Made by a program: the position numbers and the translations under genes. A model generated the notes under the pieces. That model saw only the letters and a program-made list of their open reading frames with translations, had not been told where the DNA came from and searched no databases. A stretch of 64,000 nucleotides of DNA from Verrucomicrobia subdivision 3 bacterium UBA3939 (lineage in GTDB: Bacteria; Verrucomicrobiota; Verrucomicrobiia; Limisphaerales; UBA3939): positions 77,677 to 141,676 of the forward strand of contig DGDZ01000074.1 in NCBI GenBank assembly GCA_002385705.1. Reading direction: 5' to 3'. This document shows, in pieces, positions 40,402 through 49,681 of this stretch; position 1 is the stretch's first letter; each line of letters starts with the position of its first letter.

Positions 40402-41596
40402 ACGCAGGCGCTGCCGTGGCGCGGCCCTTGACCGTGTTTCGAAACCAGCTCCACGCGGCGCGGAACCCGACGTCGCGCGTGCCGGACAACCCGTACAGCT
40501 TCACCAGTTCCTCTTCATGCCCGAGGTAGCGCGGCGGCAGCAGGATCACGGTTCTCGTCTCGTTGCCGTCCACCCGCAGGATTTCGGAATAGAACAGGCC
40601 GCGCCCGGCTTCGTACTGTCCGGCGGGCAGGGTGATCGTGCGTTCCGGCAGAATGAGCCATGGCCGGTAGGTGAACGCGAGGCGCCCTTCGGCGTCGCGC
40701 GACAGCGTGCCGTAGGTCCGCGCCGGCACCTTCTCGATCTTGCGGCTGAGGAACAACCGCGCGCCGCCCGCCTGCGGGCGGAACCGCCTTTGGCGCAGCG
40801 TCAGGAAATCCCAGATGAACACCAGACCGGTGTGGGACAGCCGGAAGGACCAGCCCGAGATGAAATAGGCCGCGACGATCAGGATCAGCGCCCATACGGC
40901 ACCGACCCATGGATTGATCCACGCGGTGGCAACCACGCTTCCAAGGACGGCTGTCCGGAGCGTCTTCAACGCCAGGTCCACCGTCGTGAATGGGCTGAGC
41001 AGGATCAGCACGTTGATGGCGTTTGAGGCGAGAAACACGAGGACGAACGCCACCATCGCGAGCGGAATGGCGACGATGTTGTACGTCCAGCTTGCATCGA
41101 TGGCGGCGAACCCCATCGAACTGAGCCAGGCGCCGTCAGCAGGCGGCGTTTCGAAGATCGACGCCGCCAGTGGCACGAAAGCGCCGGTGGCCACGAGGCC
41201 GCTGATTTTGTTTTCGACGGCGTCGGCGATGTCGAAGGGCTTCTTCAATGCGGTGGGCAGCGCGGTGCCGGCGGTGTCCTTGATGAAACAGATGGCCACC
41301 AGCAACAGGGCCGGTCCCCAGAACCACGGGTTGGCGTACCAGTGCAGCCGGGCTCGTTCCTCGGCCGTGCCCGCGTGGTAATACTCCCATGCGCCGACGG
41401 CGCCGACGCCGAGCAAGGGCGAAATGGCAACGCCGGTAATCAGCGAGATGGTTTGAGCGATTTCATGCCCGGGCAACGCGCGAGCGTTTGAATGGGAAGA
41501 ACGCGCCGGGGTTGAGCTGTCGGATGTTGGCGCGTGCGCGGCCAGGGGGCTCGCGCAAAGGAGGAGAATGAGTAGGGTGGCCGTCCGCTTCTTCAT
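40400..41596 (-). CDS. polytopic membrane protein with signal peptide (DUF4126-like) and a ~130-aa C-terminal soluble domain
   Basis: MKKRTATLLILLLCASPLAAHA signal and multiple Gly-rich TM helices. Start set at the ATG 41596; the tracked ORF extends 99 codons further through repeat sequence. Confidence 0.55.
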   Translation of the reverse strand: MKKRTATLLILLLCASPLAAHAPTSDSSTPARSSHSNARALPGHEIAQTISLITGVAISPLLGVGAVGAWEYYHAGTAEERARLHWYANPWFWGPALLLVAICFIKDTAGTALPTALKKPFDIADAVENKISGLVATGAFVPLAASIFETPPADGAWLSSMGFAAIDASWTYNIVAIPLAMVAFVLVFLASNAINVLILLSPFTTVDLALKTLRTAVLGSVVATAWINPWVGAVWALILIVAAYFISGWSFRLSHTGLVFIWDFLTLRQRRFRPQAGGARLFLSRKIEKVPARTYGTLSRDAEGRLAFTYRPWLILPERTITLPAGQYEAGRGLFYSEILRVDGNETRTVILLPPRYLGHEEELVKLYGLSGTRDVGFRAAWSWFRNTVKGRATAAPA

Positions 41597-41716
41597 GGCC
41601 CTAACTTGGCGAAGATGCATGGCCTGTAAAGCGGCATTTCCGGAGACCGCGGTTGAATTCGGAACGAATTTTGTAATTCCGGAGGTCTGTTGCATGCACA
41701 ACGTCGCCTGACAAGA

Positions 41717-41767
41717 CCCGAAATCCGAAACCGAAATCCGAAGAGGCCCGGAATCCGAGATCCGAAC
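41717..41767. repeat. interrupted heptamer array (CCCGAAA TCCGAAA CCGAAA TCCGAAG ... TCCGAGA TCCGAAC)
   Basis: Read directly in the 537-nt gap between the divergent membrane-protein gene and tolQ. Confidence 0.65.
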
Positions 41768-41787
41768 CCGCCTCGCATCCATTCCGT

Positions 41788-41874
41788 CTTGTAGTGCACG
41801 AGGCAACGAGTGCTCTCCGTTTCCACTTCGTCTTTTCCCCCTTGTAGCGCGGCAGGAGTGCTCTTCGCCTTTCC
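41788..41874. repeat. two imperfect direct repeats (~35 nt) sharing CTTGTAG...AGTGCTCT...TTTCC
   Basis: Copy 1 at 41788-41824 is CTTGTAGTGCACGAGGCAACGAGTGCTCTCCGTTTCC. Copy 2 at 41841-41874 is CTTGTAGCGCGGCAGGAGTGCTCTTCGCCTTTCC. Confidence 0.6.
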
Positions 41875-42133
41875 ATGAAGGGAATTCATTCATTCACCTC
41901 GCCGGCTGTTGTCTGGCAATCCCCTCACGGTCCGGGAACCCTTTGGGCGGCGCGCCCTCGACTCGCGGCGACGGTTTCAATAAGTTTTTTCAAAATTGCT
42001 TTGCATTTGATGATGGCATTGCTAGAAAAGCTGCACCGGAGATTGAATCCGGAATTGTTGCGGCTATTGAACGATTTCCGCGCAGGCGCGTCGATTCCTC
42101 ACGACCAGGTTTGCGGAGAAAGATCGTGATGGG

Positions 42134-42874
42134 ATGAACGTGCCTTTCTTTTTAGCAGCTTCAGCACCTGCGGCTCGAGCGGCGGGCTCCAGCCAGATGG
42201 AACTGATTTACATCTGGAACCAGGCCACTGTCGAAGCCAAAATCATCATCATCTGCCTCGTCATCTTTTCCATCGTCGCGTGGTCGGTGATGATCTCGAA
42301 GGCGCTCCAGATGCGCCGCGCCAAGAAACTGAACCATTATTTCGCCCTCGAGTTCCGGTCGCAGAAGGCGGTGCTCGATATCTTCGACCGCAGGGTTCAG
42401 GCGGAAGGCTGTCCGCTGTTTGCCGTGTATCAGGCCGGCAGCAGCGAACTGGACGCCTGGCTCAAGGATCCCGAGTCCGGCCGGCGGAGGGAGGTCTCCC
42501 TCAAGGGAATGGAACACGTGAAGCGGCGCTTGGAAAACAGTGTTGCCCAGGAATCGCTCCGGCTGGAGTCCGGCCTGATCCTGCTGGCCATCGCCGTCAG
42601 CGGCGCGCCGTTCCTCGGCTTGCTCGGGACGGTCTGGGGCGTGATGAGCACGTTCGGGCACGTGGCCCAGCAGGGCAGCGCCACGCTGACCGCGATGGCG
42701 CCGGGCGTGGCGGCCGCGTTGATCACCACCGTCGCCGGATTGCTGGTCGCCATTCCCTCGATGTTCGGCTACAACTGGCTCGTTCACAACCTGCGCGTCC
42801 TGACGGTCGAACTCGACAACTTCGCGCAGGAACTGGTGTCGAAGATGGAAACCGAGTTTCTCAAGGAACAGTGA
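42134..42874 (+). CDS. tolQ: MotA/TolQ/ExbB proton-channel protein
   Basis: GLLGTVWGVMSTFG signature and 3 TM; heads a tolR / TonB-TolA-like / tolB / pal cluster. Confidence 0.85.
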   Translation: MNVPFFLAASAPAARAAGSSQMELIYIWNQATVEAKIIIICLVIFSIVAWSVMISKALQMRRAKKLNHYFALEFRSQKAVLDIFDRRVQAEGCPLFAVYQAGSSELDAWLKDPESGRRREVSLKGMEHVKRRLENSVAQESLRLESGLILLAIAVSGAPFLGLLGTVWGVMSTFGHVAQQGSATLTAMAPGVAAALITTVAGLLVAIPSMFGYNWLVHNLRVLTVELDNFAQELVSKMETEFLKEQ

Positions 42875-42916
42875 TGAGAACGTTCGAGTCTGAACCCGCA
42901 ATTCTCGATTGACGCC

Positions 42917-43333
42917 ATGCGCCGCTTTTCTCAACGCAGTTCGCTGGTGACCCTGAGCGAGATCAATATCACGCCGCTGCTCGACCTGGCGTTTGTGCTG
43001 TTGATTATCTTCATCATCACGACGCCGCTCCTGGAAAAGGGTCTCGACCTGCAATTGCCAAAAGGCGGACAGGAAACCGCGAAGGTCGATCCGTCGGACA
43101 TCCGCACGGTGGAGATCAGCCCGCAGGGTGTGTACACACTGAACCGGCGCCCGATGCCGTTGAATCAGATCCTGGCGCAGCTGGCGCAGGATTTCCGCTA
43201 CAACCCGAACCTGGTCGTGTACATCCGCGGAGACGAGAACGGGCGGATCCGCGAACTGGCGGCGTTGATTGATGGTTGCCAGCGATACGGAATTACGCGT
43301 TACTCATTGCGAACTCAACCGGAACGCAGATGA
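42917..43333 (+). CDS. tolR: ExbD/TolR biopolymer transport protein
   Basis: EINITPLLDLAFVLLIIFIITTP anchor with the conserved Asp; 138 aa. Confidence 0.85.
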   Translation: MRRFSQRSSLVTLSEINITPLLDLAFVLLIIFIITTPLLEKGLDLQLPKGGQETAKVDPSDIRTVEISPQGVYTLNRRPMPLNQILAQLAQDFRYNPNLVVYIRGDENGRIRELAALIDGCQRYGITRYSLRTQPERR

Positions 43334-44124
43334 ACCGGCTCCAGAAAAAATGCTTTATCGCTTCGGCAGGCATGCACCTGCTCATGGCGGGCATTCTGTT
43401 CGTTGGCCCCGCGTTTCTCTCGTCGCCCGATTCAAAGTCGGAGGACGTGCCGATCATCAACTTCATTCCCCTGATCACCACGGATCAGAACGTCAGCGGT
43501 GGCGGTAGCCCGACGGGCAGCCCGCCGCCTCCGGCGCCGCGCGAGCGGACACCCGCCCCCCCGGCTGAACCGGTTCGCGCGTCCGAGCCGCCGCGGGTTC
43601 CCGAGACCCGCGCGGAACCGGTTCCGGAGCCGAAGCCGGCGCGCCGCCCGCAGATCCAGGTCAGCCGAAACCGCATCCGGGCCGGCTCGACCACGGCGCC
43701 GGCGAATGACACCCGGACGGAGACCGCGCGCGAGTTGCGCAACCAGGTCAGCGCCGCGCTGAGAGATGTCCGGAACAGCCTGTCGTCGAGCACGAGCATC
43801 GAATTGCGGGGCCCCGGCGGCGGCGGCGTGCCTTACGCCAACTGGCTTGCCGCGGTGAAGAAAGCCTACACAGACGCCTGGCTGCCGCCCGAGGGCATTC
43901 AGGATGATTCCGCAACGGCGACCGTGTCGATCACCATTGCGCGCGACGGCACCGTTGTTGACTGGCGCTTCGTCAAACGGTCCGGGAATGCCGTTGTGGA
44001 CTCGTCCATTGAAAGCGCCGTGAAACGTGTCCGCCCCGCTCCGAAGCTGCCCGCGGAAGCAAAAGAAGATCAACGAACCGTCATCATCGATTTCAATCTG
44101 AAGGTAAAGCAACTACTTGGATGA
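43330..44124 (+). CDS. TonB/TolA-like energy transducer (Pro-rich linker, TonB_C-like end)
   Basis: N-terminal anchor MNRLQKKCFIASAGMHLLMAGILFVGPAF, Pro-rich spacer, C-terminal ...ATVSITIARDGTVVDWRFVKRSGNAVVDSSIESAVKRV. ATGA overlaps at both ends. Confidence 0.7.
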   Translation: MNRLQKKCFIASAGMHLLMAGILFVGPAFLSSPDSKSEDVPIINFIPLITTDQNVSGGGSPTGSPPPPAPRERTPAPPAEPVRASEPPRVPETRAEPVPEPKPARRPQIQVSRNRIRAGSTTAPANDTRTETARELRNQVSAALRDVRNSLSSSTSIELRGPGGGGVPYANWLAAVKKAYTDAWLPPEGIQDDSATATVSITIARDGTVVDWRFVKRSGNAVVDSSIESAVKRVRPAPKLPAEAKEDQRTVIIDFNLKVKQLLG

Positions 44125-45308
44125 AAAGCACCATGCTGAAGAATGTGTCGTTCGTCGTCTTTTCGCTGGCGACGTGCGCGTCCGCCCTGTGCCAGGGGGA
44201 CCGCATCACAGTGATCAAGGAAGCCCTCCGGCCCGGCGACACCGAGCCCGTGTGGGTGAACATCAGCGGGCTGACCGGCGAGGCGCTGGAGACGCTGGAG
44301 TTCGATCTCTATGTGCAGGGATTCAACTTCACCAATGCCGCAAACGCGCAGTACCTGATCAGCGGCAGCAACAACGGCAATCTCCAGGCGCGCGCCATTG
44401 ACGCGATCAACAAGAACACATTGGTTGGCCGGGCCTACTCCGGCGCCTCGCTGCGTCGGCAGGTCCATGCGTTCGCCGACGACTTCGTCCAGGCGCTCGG
44501 AAGAAAGGGCATCGCCCGGACCATGATCGCCTTCAAGACCGAAGTCGGCCGGAACAGCGAAATCCGCGTGGCGGACTTTGACGGTGCCAACGTGCAGCAG
44601 GTCACGCGCGACAACACGATTGTGGCGGCGCCGGCGTGGGTACCGGGCCGTTTCGCGCTGTTCTACACGTCATATCGCCTGGGTAACCCGAACATCTTTC
44701 ATCACGACCTTGCCACCGGCCGGCAGACCGTGTTCGCCAAGTACTCCGGCCTGAACACCAGCGCCGCGGTGTCGCCGGACGGCCGGCGCGTCGCGATGAT
44801 CCTGAGCAAGGGCGGCAGTCCGGACGTGTATGTGTGCAACATCGACGGCAGTGATTTGAAACGGCTTACGGAGACGCGCGAGGACGAATCCTCGCCGTGC
44901 TGGTCGCCGGACGGGCAGTGGATCTGTTTCGCGGGGAAGATCAACGAGCGGCGCGCGTTGCTTCGCGTGCCGGCCAACGGCGGGCCGGTGCAGCGCATTG
45001 CGACGGTGGGCGCCGGCAATCCGACCGAACCGGACTGGTCGCCCGACGGCCAGTGGATCGTGTTCACCCGGCAGTCGCGCGACTTTGAGATCTGCATCGT
45101 GCCGGCAAATGGCGGGCGCGGCGGCGATGCCACCATCCTGGTTTCGGGCGAGGATCCGTCGTGGGCGCCGAACTCGCGCACGATTGTGTTCACGCGCCGC
45201 CAGGGCGATGGGCGCCGCGTTTTGTACCTGCTTGACGTGTTTACGAAACAGATAAAGGATGTGGCTCGGATTTCGGGAAGCAATTCGCAACCCAGTTGGG
45301 CTCGGTAG
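44121..45308 (+). CDS. tolB: TolB-like periplasmic beta-propeller protein
   Basis: Signal peptide, TolB-N-like domain, repeated SPDG/WSPDGQWI propeller blades. Confidence 0.8.
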   Translation: MKSTMLKNVSFVVFSLATCASALCQGDRITVIKEALRPGDTEPVWVNISGLTGEALETLEFDLYVQGFNFTNAANAQYLISGSNNGNLQARAIDAINKNTLVGRAYSGASLRRQVHAFADDFVQALGRKGIARTMIAFKTEVGRNSEIRVADFDGANVQQVTRDNTIVAAPAWVPGRFALFYTSYRLGNPNIFHHDLATGRQTVFAKYSGLNTSAAVSPDGRRVAMILSKGGSPDVYVCNIDGSDLKRLTETREDESSPCWSPDGQWICFAGKINERRALLRVPANGGPVQRIATVGAGNPTEPDWSPDGQWIVFTRQSRDFEICIVPANGGRGGDATILVSGEDPSWAPNSRTIVFTRRQGDGRRVLYLLDVFTKQIKDVARISGSNSQPSWAR

Positions 45309-45337
45309 CCCGGCACAGCCGTTCCACGACAAACAAA

Positions 45338-45940
45338 ATGAAACCAACCAGTTTTACAACGGCAACCCTGGTGGCAGTGGTGCTGATGATCACCTCGTTC
45401 GGTTGCGCGAAGCGGCCGACGCGCGTCACGAACATTCCCAATCCGCCTATTGCCGAAGTGCCGGACGTGGGCATGACCGAACCGATCGAAGGGGTCTTCT
45501 CTCCGGAAGGAGTCTTCTCTCCGGAAGGCCTCGATACCCCCTTGATTCCCCTGAATCCGCCGGGCTCGCACCTGAACTGGCAGGAAGACAGCGAAACCTT
45601 CCGCGCGCACACGGTTTATTTCGCCTTCGACAGTTCCGCCGTGGGCAATGCCGAAAAACCGAAAGTGGAGGCGGTGGCCGCGCATCTCAAATCCAACCCC
45701 GTGCAGGCAGTGCGCGTGGAAGGCCACTGCGATGAGCGCGGGACCGAAGGGTACAACATGGCGCTGGGCGAACGCCGCGCGATTGCGCTTCGCGACGAAT
45801 TGATCCGGCTGGGTGTCGAGCCCGGACGCGTGGACACCATCAGCTACGGCGAGGAACGCCCGGCCGATCCGGGGCATAATGAAGAGGCATGGCGGAAGAA
45901 TCGCCGGGGCGAATTCATCCTCCTGATCCCGCCCCAGTAA
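45338..45940 (+). CDS. pal: peptidoglycan-associated lipoprotein (OmpA-C domain)
   Basis: Lipobox ITSFGC, then VYFAFDSSAV...[22 protein letters not shown]...NRRGEFILL. Confidence 0.8.
   Translation: MKPTSFTTATLVAVVLMITSFGCAKRPTRVTNIPNPPIAEVPDVGMTEPIEGVFSPEGVFSPEGLDTPLIPLNPPGSHLNWQEDSETFRAHTVYFAFDSSAVGNAEKPKVEAVAAHLKSNPVQAVRVEGHCDERGTEGYNMALGERRAIALRDELIRLGVEPGRVDTISYGEERPADPGHNEEAWRKNRRGEFILLIPPQ
45488..45529 (+). repeat. in-frame 18-nt tandem duplication in the Pal linker (EGVFSP EGVFSP EG)
   Basis: GAAGGGGTCTTCTCTCCG / GAAGGAGTCTTCTCTCCG / GAAGGC, read directly. Confidence 0.8.
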
Positions 45941-45979
45941 CGCGTGAGGCCGTTGAACCGCTTTTTTCGAATGACTTGT

Positions 45980-46573
45980 ATGAATTTCCCGAAGTTTTCA
46001 ACGCTGGCTGTGGTGTTGATGGCCCTGAGCCTTGCCGCCACCGGCTGCAAGACGCGGAAGATCGGGCCAACCCCGCTGGGATCGCGCTCGGGTGCCTACG
46101 GCGACGGACGCCCGACCGAGCTTTCCGGTGGCATTCCCATCGGACGACCGGGCGAAGAAGTATGGCCTGTGGAAATCGGAGGAGGGCCGACGGCTTCGTT
46201 TGATCCGGATCAGATGCACCAGGATCGCGCGGCGTTGGCGGCCCACACGGTTTACTTCGACTACGACAGCTCGGCCGTGCGGCCGGGGGATGAGGCGAAG
46301 GTGGACGCGGTCGCAGCGGTGCTGGCCAGTGATCTTTCGGCGAAGCTGTTGATCGAAGGCCATTGTGACGAGCGCGGCACGGAGGAGTACAACCGTTCGC
46401 TGGGCGAGCGGCGTGCGTTGGCGGTGCGCCAGGCTTTGGCGATGCGCGGCGTGGATCCTGCGCGCGTGGCGACCCGCAGTTACGGCGAAGACCGCCCGGC
46501 CGATCCCGGGTACGGCGAGGCGGCATGGAGTCGCAACCGTCGCGCGGAGTTCGTCCTGCTGCATCCGCAATAA
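45980..46573 (+). CDS. second Pal-like OmpA-family lipoprotein
   Basis: Lipobox LAATGC, then [10 protein letters not shown]...[22 protein letters not shown]...NRRAEFVLL. The ATG at 45971 is an alternative start. Confidence 0.75.
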   Translation: MNFPKFSTLAVVLMALSLAATGCKTRKIGPTPLGSRSGAYGDGRPTELSGGIPIGRPGEEVWPVEIGGGPTASFDPDQMHQDRAALAAHTVYFDYDSSAVRPGDEAKVDAVAAVLASDLSAKLLIEGHCDERGTEEYNRSLGERRALAVRQALAMRGVDPARVATRSYGEDRPADPGYGEAAWSRNRRAEFVLLHPQ

Positions 46574-46586
46574 CTTCGGGCGTTGC

Positions 46587-46600
46587 GATTTACGATTGGC
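46587..46600. repeat. GATTTAC-GATTGGC heptamer pair 14 nt after the pal2 stop
   Basis: Same word family as the arrays at 40093-40117, 40374-40401 and 63342-63355. Confidence 0.5.
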
Positions 46601-46787
46601 ACGGGTGTGGTGCGAACCCGCGGGCCAGGACAATAGTGAGCAGCACCTGCCTCCGGGGCGCGGCCTTCAGATTCGGCCGTCCGCATGCATACGCACCTTC
46701 AAGCGGCATGAATGCCACGCGCCGCAGTCGGATTGGAGCTTTACTAAGTCCGGCGCGGGGCGTAGCTTCCCTTCACTTAAACACACT

Positions 46788-46952
46788 ATGAATACTGCTT
46801 TGTTCGGCTGGCTGAACGGCTGGGAAATTGTCCTGCTGCTGGCGGTGGTGCTCCTGCTGTTCGGCGCGCGCAAGCTGCCTGAGTTGGCCCGAGGGCTCGG
46901 TCAGGGCATCCGGGAATTCAAGAAGGCCAGCCGCGACGAAAGCGAACGTTAG
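46788..46952 (+). CDS. tatA: twin-arginine translocase subunit TatA (54 aa)
   Basis: [47 protein letters not shown] matches the TatA/E consensus (FG..KLPE..R..G). Confidence 0.8.
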   Translation: MNTALFGWLNGWEIVLLLAVVLLLFGARKLPELARGLGQGIREFKKASRDESER

Positions 46953-46959
46953 CCGAGTT

Positions 46960-47247
46960 ATGAATGCTGTCACTTTCGCGTGGCTGAACGGATGGGAGAT
47001 CGTCGCGATCCTGGTGGTCGTCCTGGTGCTGTTCGGCGCTCGCCGACTCCCTGAGCTGGCGCGCGGGCTGGGCCAGGGTATCCGGGAATTCAAGAAGGCC
47101 ACGCGCGACGTCACGGACGAACTCCAGCAGGCCATCGAAGACGAGCCGCCACGGTCCGCGTCCGGGCGGAAAGCGCCTGAAAAAACTGTCGAGCAGGTCA
47201 GCGTCCCGCCGTCCGATCCGTCAGCTTCTTCCGAGCACAAAGGCTGA
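46960..47247 (+). CDS. second TatA/TatB-type subunit (95 aa, extended acidic/Pro-rich tail)
   Basis: [47 protein letters not shown], near-identical core to the upstream tatA, with a longer C-terminus. Confidence 0.75.
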   Translation: MNAVTFAWLNGWEIVAILVVVLVLFGARRLPELARGLGQGIREFKKATRDVTDELQQAIEDEPPRSASGRKAPEKTVEQVSVPPSDPSASSEHKG

Positions 47248-47256
47248 GCCGCCGTC

Positions 47257-48078
47257 ATGGCCAACGAGTCCGAGGTTGTCCGTCCTGATCCGGAGCCAGA
47301 GGAGGAAGGGGGACCCGTCAAACCCTTTCTGGAACACCTTGAGGATCTCCGGTGGGTGATCATCCGTTGCCTGGTGTCGCTGGGTGTCGGGATGGTGGTG
47401 TGCATGGCCGGGGCAAAGCAGGTGATGGCCATTCTTCAATGGCCGCTCGAGCGTTCCGGCATTCATGTCCGGCTGGACTGGCTCAACCCCCTGGGTGGCG
47501 TTGCCTCCATGATGAAAATCGCCCTGTGGGGCGGGATCACGGTGGCGCTGCCGTTCATCCTTTATTTCATCGCGGACTACGTCGTGCCGGCGTTGACGCG
47601 CAAGGAGAGAAAGTACTTCCGCCGCGCGCTGGTCGTCGGTGCAGGGCTGTTTCTGGCCGGCATTGTGATGTGTTATTTCCTGGTGTTGCCGATTTCGCTG
47701 AAAGGCCTGGCGGCGTTCAACGAATGGCTGGGGATTGAGACGCAACTGTGGCGGGCGGAGGATTACATCTCGCTGGTGACGATGTTCATGATCGGGATGG
47801 GGCTGAGCTTTGAATTTCCGGTGGTGTTGCTGACGCTGGTCCGGCTGGGGGTGATTCCGCACGAGTGGCTGGTGAAGGGCAGGAGATACTTTTTCGTGAT
47901 CAACCTGGTGGTGATCTGCTTCATCACGCCGGATTTCATCAGTTCGTTCTTCATCATTGTGCCGGTCCAGCTGTTGTTTGAGGTGTGCGTGCTGATATCG
48001 CGCCATTGGGAGCGGGAGAAGCTGGCGGCGGTGGAATTGCTCCCGGCCCGGCCCGGCCCGACCTCGTTGCGGGAATAA
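47257..48078 (+). CDS. tatC: twin-arginine translocase subunit TatC
   Basis: FLEHLEDLRWVIIRCL N-terminus, 6 TM, 273 aa. Confidence 0.9.
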   Translation: MANESEVVRPDPEPEEEGGPVKPFLEHLEDLRWVIIRCLVSLGVGMVVCMAGAKQVMAILQWPLERSGIHVRLDWLNPLGGVASMMKIALWGGITVALPFILYFIADYVVPALTRKERKYFRRALVVGAGLFLAGIVMCYFLVLPISLKGLAAFNEWLGIETQLWRAEDYISLVTMFMIGMGLSFEFPVVLLTLVRLGVIPHEWLVKGRRYFFVINLVVICFITPDFISSFFIIVPVQLLFEVCVLISRHWEREKLAAVELLPARPGPTSLRE

Positions 48079-48134
48079 AACCTCCTTTACAAGAGCGTTA
48101 TTCGCGATACTCTCCGGCTAACGAATCGAACCTT

Positions 48135-48575
48135 ATGCGAACAACTATTTCCCTCCTGGTTCTGGCTGTGGCCGCCACGATGGTGACGGGCTGCGCCAAA
48201 GTCGAACGCAAGTTTGGCCGCGGCATGGCCAATACCCTGGAAATCCTCCGCGGCGGAGAGTTTCGCCGGACCGTCGAGCAGGCGGCGCTCTGGGATACGC
48301 CGGATTACGCCTATACGACGGGTGTCATTCGCGGCGTCAATCGCACACTCGCCCGCACGGGCATCGGCATTTATGAAATCATCACGGCACCCTTGCCGCC
48401 CTACGATCCCATCCTGACCGACTACTTTGCGCCGGGCCCGGTGTATCCGGACAACTACGTGCCCGGTGTCGTGGCCGATTCCCTGTTCGCCACAGACACT
48501 TCCATCGGTTTCAGCGGCGGCGATGTGATACCGTTCATGCCGGGCAGCCGATTCCGGATTTTTGACGTGCACTGA
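48135..48575 (+). CDS. lipoprotein resembling the exosortase-system-associated TIGR04073 family
   Basis: Lipobox VTGC, then KFGRGMANTLEILRGGE... and RTGIGIYEIITAPLPPYDPIL, which match my recollection of that family's K.GRG..N and G.YE..TFP.P blocks. Confidence 0.55.
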   Translation: MRTTISLLVLAVAATMVTGCAKVERKFGRGMANTLEILRGGEFRRTVEQAALWDTPDYAYTTGVIRGVNRTLARTGIGIYEIITAPLPPYDPILTDYFAPGPVYPDNYVPGVVADSLFATDTSIGFSGGDVIPFMPGSRFRIFDVH

Positions 48576-48595
48576 TCGGCTCAGCCGCAACTTTG

Positions 48596-48630
48596 AGCCA
48601 GCCTCGAATGCGTTCGAGGTTGGCTTTTTT
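48596..48630 (+). terminator. rho-independent terminator
   Basis: 13-bp stem AGCCAGCCTCGAA / TTCGAGGTTGGCT (one G-U pair), 4-nt loop TGCG, then a T6 run; 20 nt after the stop at 48575. Confidence 0.65.
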
Positions 48631-48677
48631 GTTGGAATGCCCATCATCCTGCCAGCCGGTGCCTGCCATCGGCCACG

Positions 48678-49550
48678 ATGATCCGAAGAGAATCACCCTG
48701 CAAAGTCAACCTGCTGCTGAACATCCTGGGAAAACGACCGGATGGCTTTCACGAGCTGGAAACCGTGATGCATCCGGTGCGGCTTTCGGATGAATTGACC
48801 TTTGAGCGCTGCGGTTCGGGCATTCACCTGACCTGCAGCGATCCCGCCCTGCCGACCGACTCCGCCAACCTGGTGTATCGCGCCGCGCAGAGCTTCCTTG
48901 AAGCTTCGAAGGCGGGAGACGGCGTGCGGATTGTTCTGGAAAAGCGGTTGCCGTTGGCCGCGGGTCTTGGCGGCGGAAGCGCCAATGCGGCGATTACCTT
49001 GACCGCGCTGAACGACCTCTTCGGAACGCCCCTGGCGGAAGACCGGATCCAGGCCCTGGCGGCGTCGCTGGGGTCGGATGTGCCGTTCTTTCTGCAGGAC
49101 CGCCCGGCGCTGGCGACCGGCCGCGGGGAGCGCATCGAACCCCTGGATCCCTTTCCCGCGCTGCGAAACACCGCGTTCTTCCTCGTTCACCCGGGCTTTG
49201 GGATTTCCACAGCCTGGGCGTACCAGTCGCTCAAGGATTTTCCTTCAGCGCTGAACGGCACGCCGGGAAGGGCGCGCCAATTGATCGCCGCTTTGCAGGA
49301 CGCCACACTCGATCGGACCGCGTCGCTGTTCTACAACTCGCTCGAAGCGCCGGCGCTCCGGAAGTATCCCATCCTGGAGATCTACCAGGAGTTCCTCAGG
49401 GAGAACGGCGCGCTGGCGACGCTCATGTCCGGCAGCGGTTCGACGACCTTTGCGATTTTCGATAGTGTGGACCGCGCCCGGGGTGTGGTGGAACCGTTCA
49501 AAGCGCGATTCGGCGAAAGCTGCTGGATTGCCGTCGTGCCGGTTTCATAG
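48678..49550 (+). CDS. ispE: 4-diphosphocytidyl-2-C-methyl-D-erythritol kinase
   Basis: KVNLLLNILGKRPDGFHELETVM and the GHMP kinase motif GLGGGSANAA. Confidence 0.9.
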   Translation: MIRRESPCKVNLLLNILGKRPDGFHELETVMHPVRLSDELTFERCGSGIHLTCSDPALPTDSANLVYRAAQSFLEASKAGDGVRIVLEKRLPLAAGLGGGSANAAITLTALNDLFGTPLAEDRIQALAASLGSDVPFFLQDRPALATGRGERIEPLDPFPALRNTAFFLVHPGFGISTAWAYQSLKDFPSALNGTPGRARQLIAALQDATLDRTASLFYNSLEAPALRKYPILEIYQEFLRENGALATLMSGSGSTTFAIFDSVDRARGVVEPFKARFGESCWIAVVPVS

Positions 49551-49584
49551 CACCGACCCGCCGCAGTTCTGGCCCCCGTTACTT

Positions 49585-49622
49585 GGGACAATTCCGCGCG
49601 CATATGCGACAGGAATTGTCCC
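49585..49622. repeat. 38-bp palindromic element, copy 2
   Basis: GGGACAATTC-CGCGCGCATATGCGACAG-GAATTGTCCC. The core is the reverse complement of the copy 1 core apart from its last 4 nt. Confidence 0.85.
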
Positions 49623-49681
49623 AACGGAATTGCCAAGCGCCTTGGCCTGTGATCCTTACGAAAACCCGCCTCCTTCAGCGC

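Noticed and set aside
41875-42129. 84-codon ORF upstream of tolQ
   Set aside because: It lies in repeat-rich, lower-GC intergenic DNA. The translation is not protein-like, and the region is more plausibly the tolQ promoter/leader.
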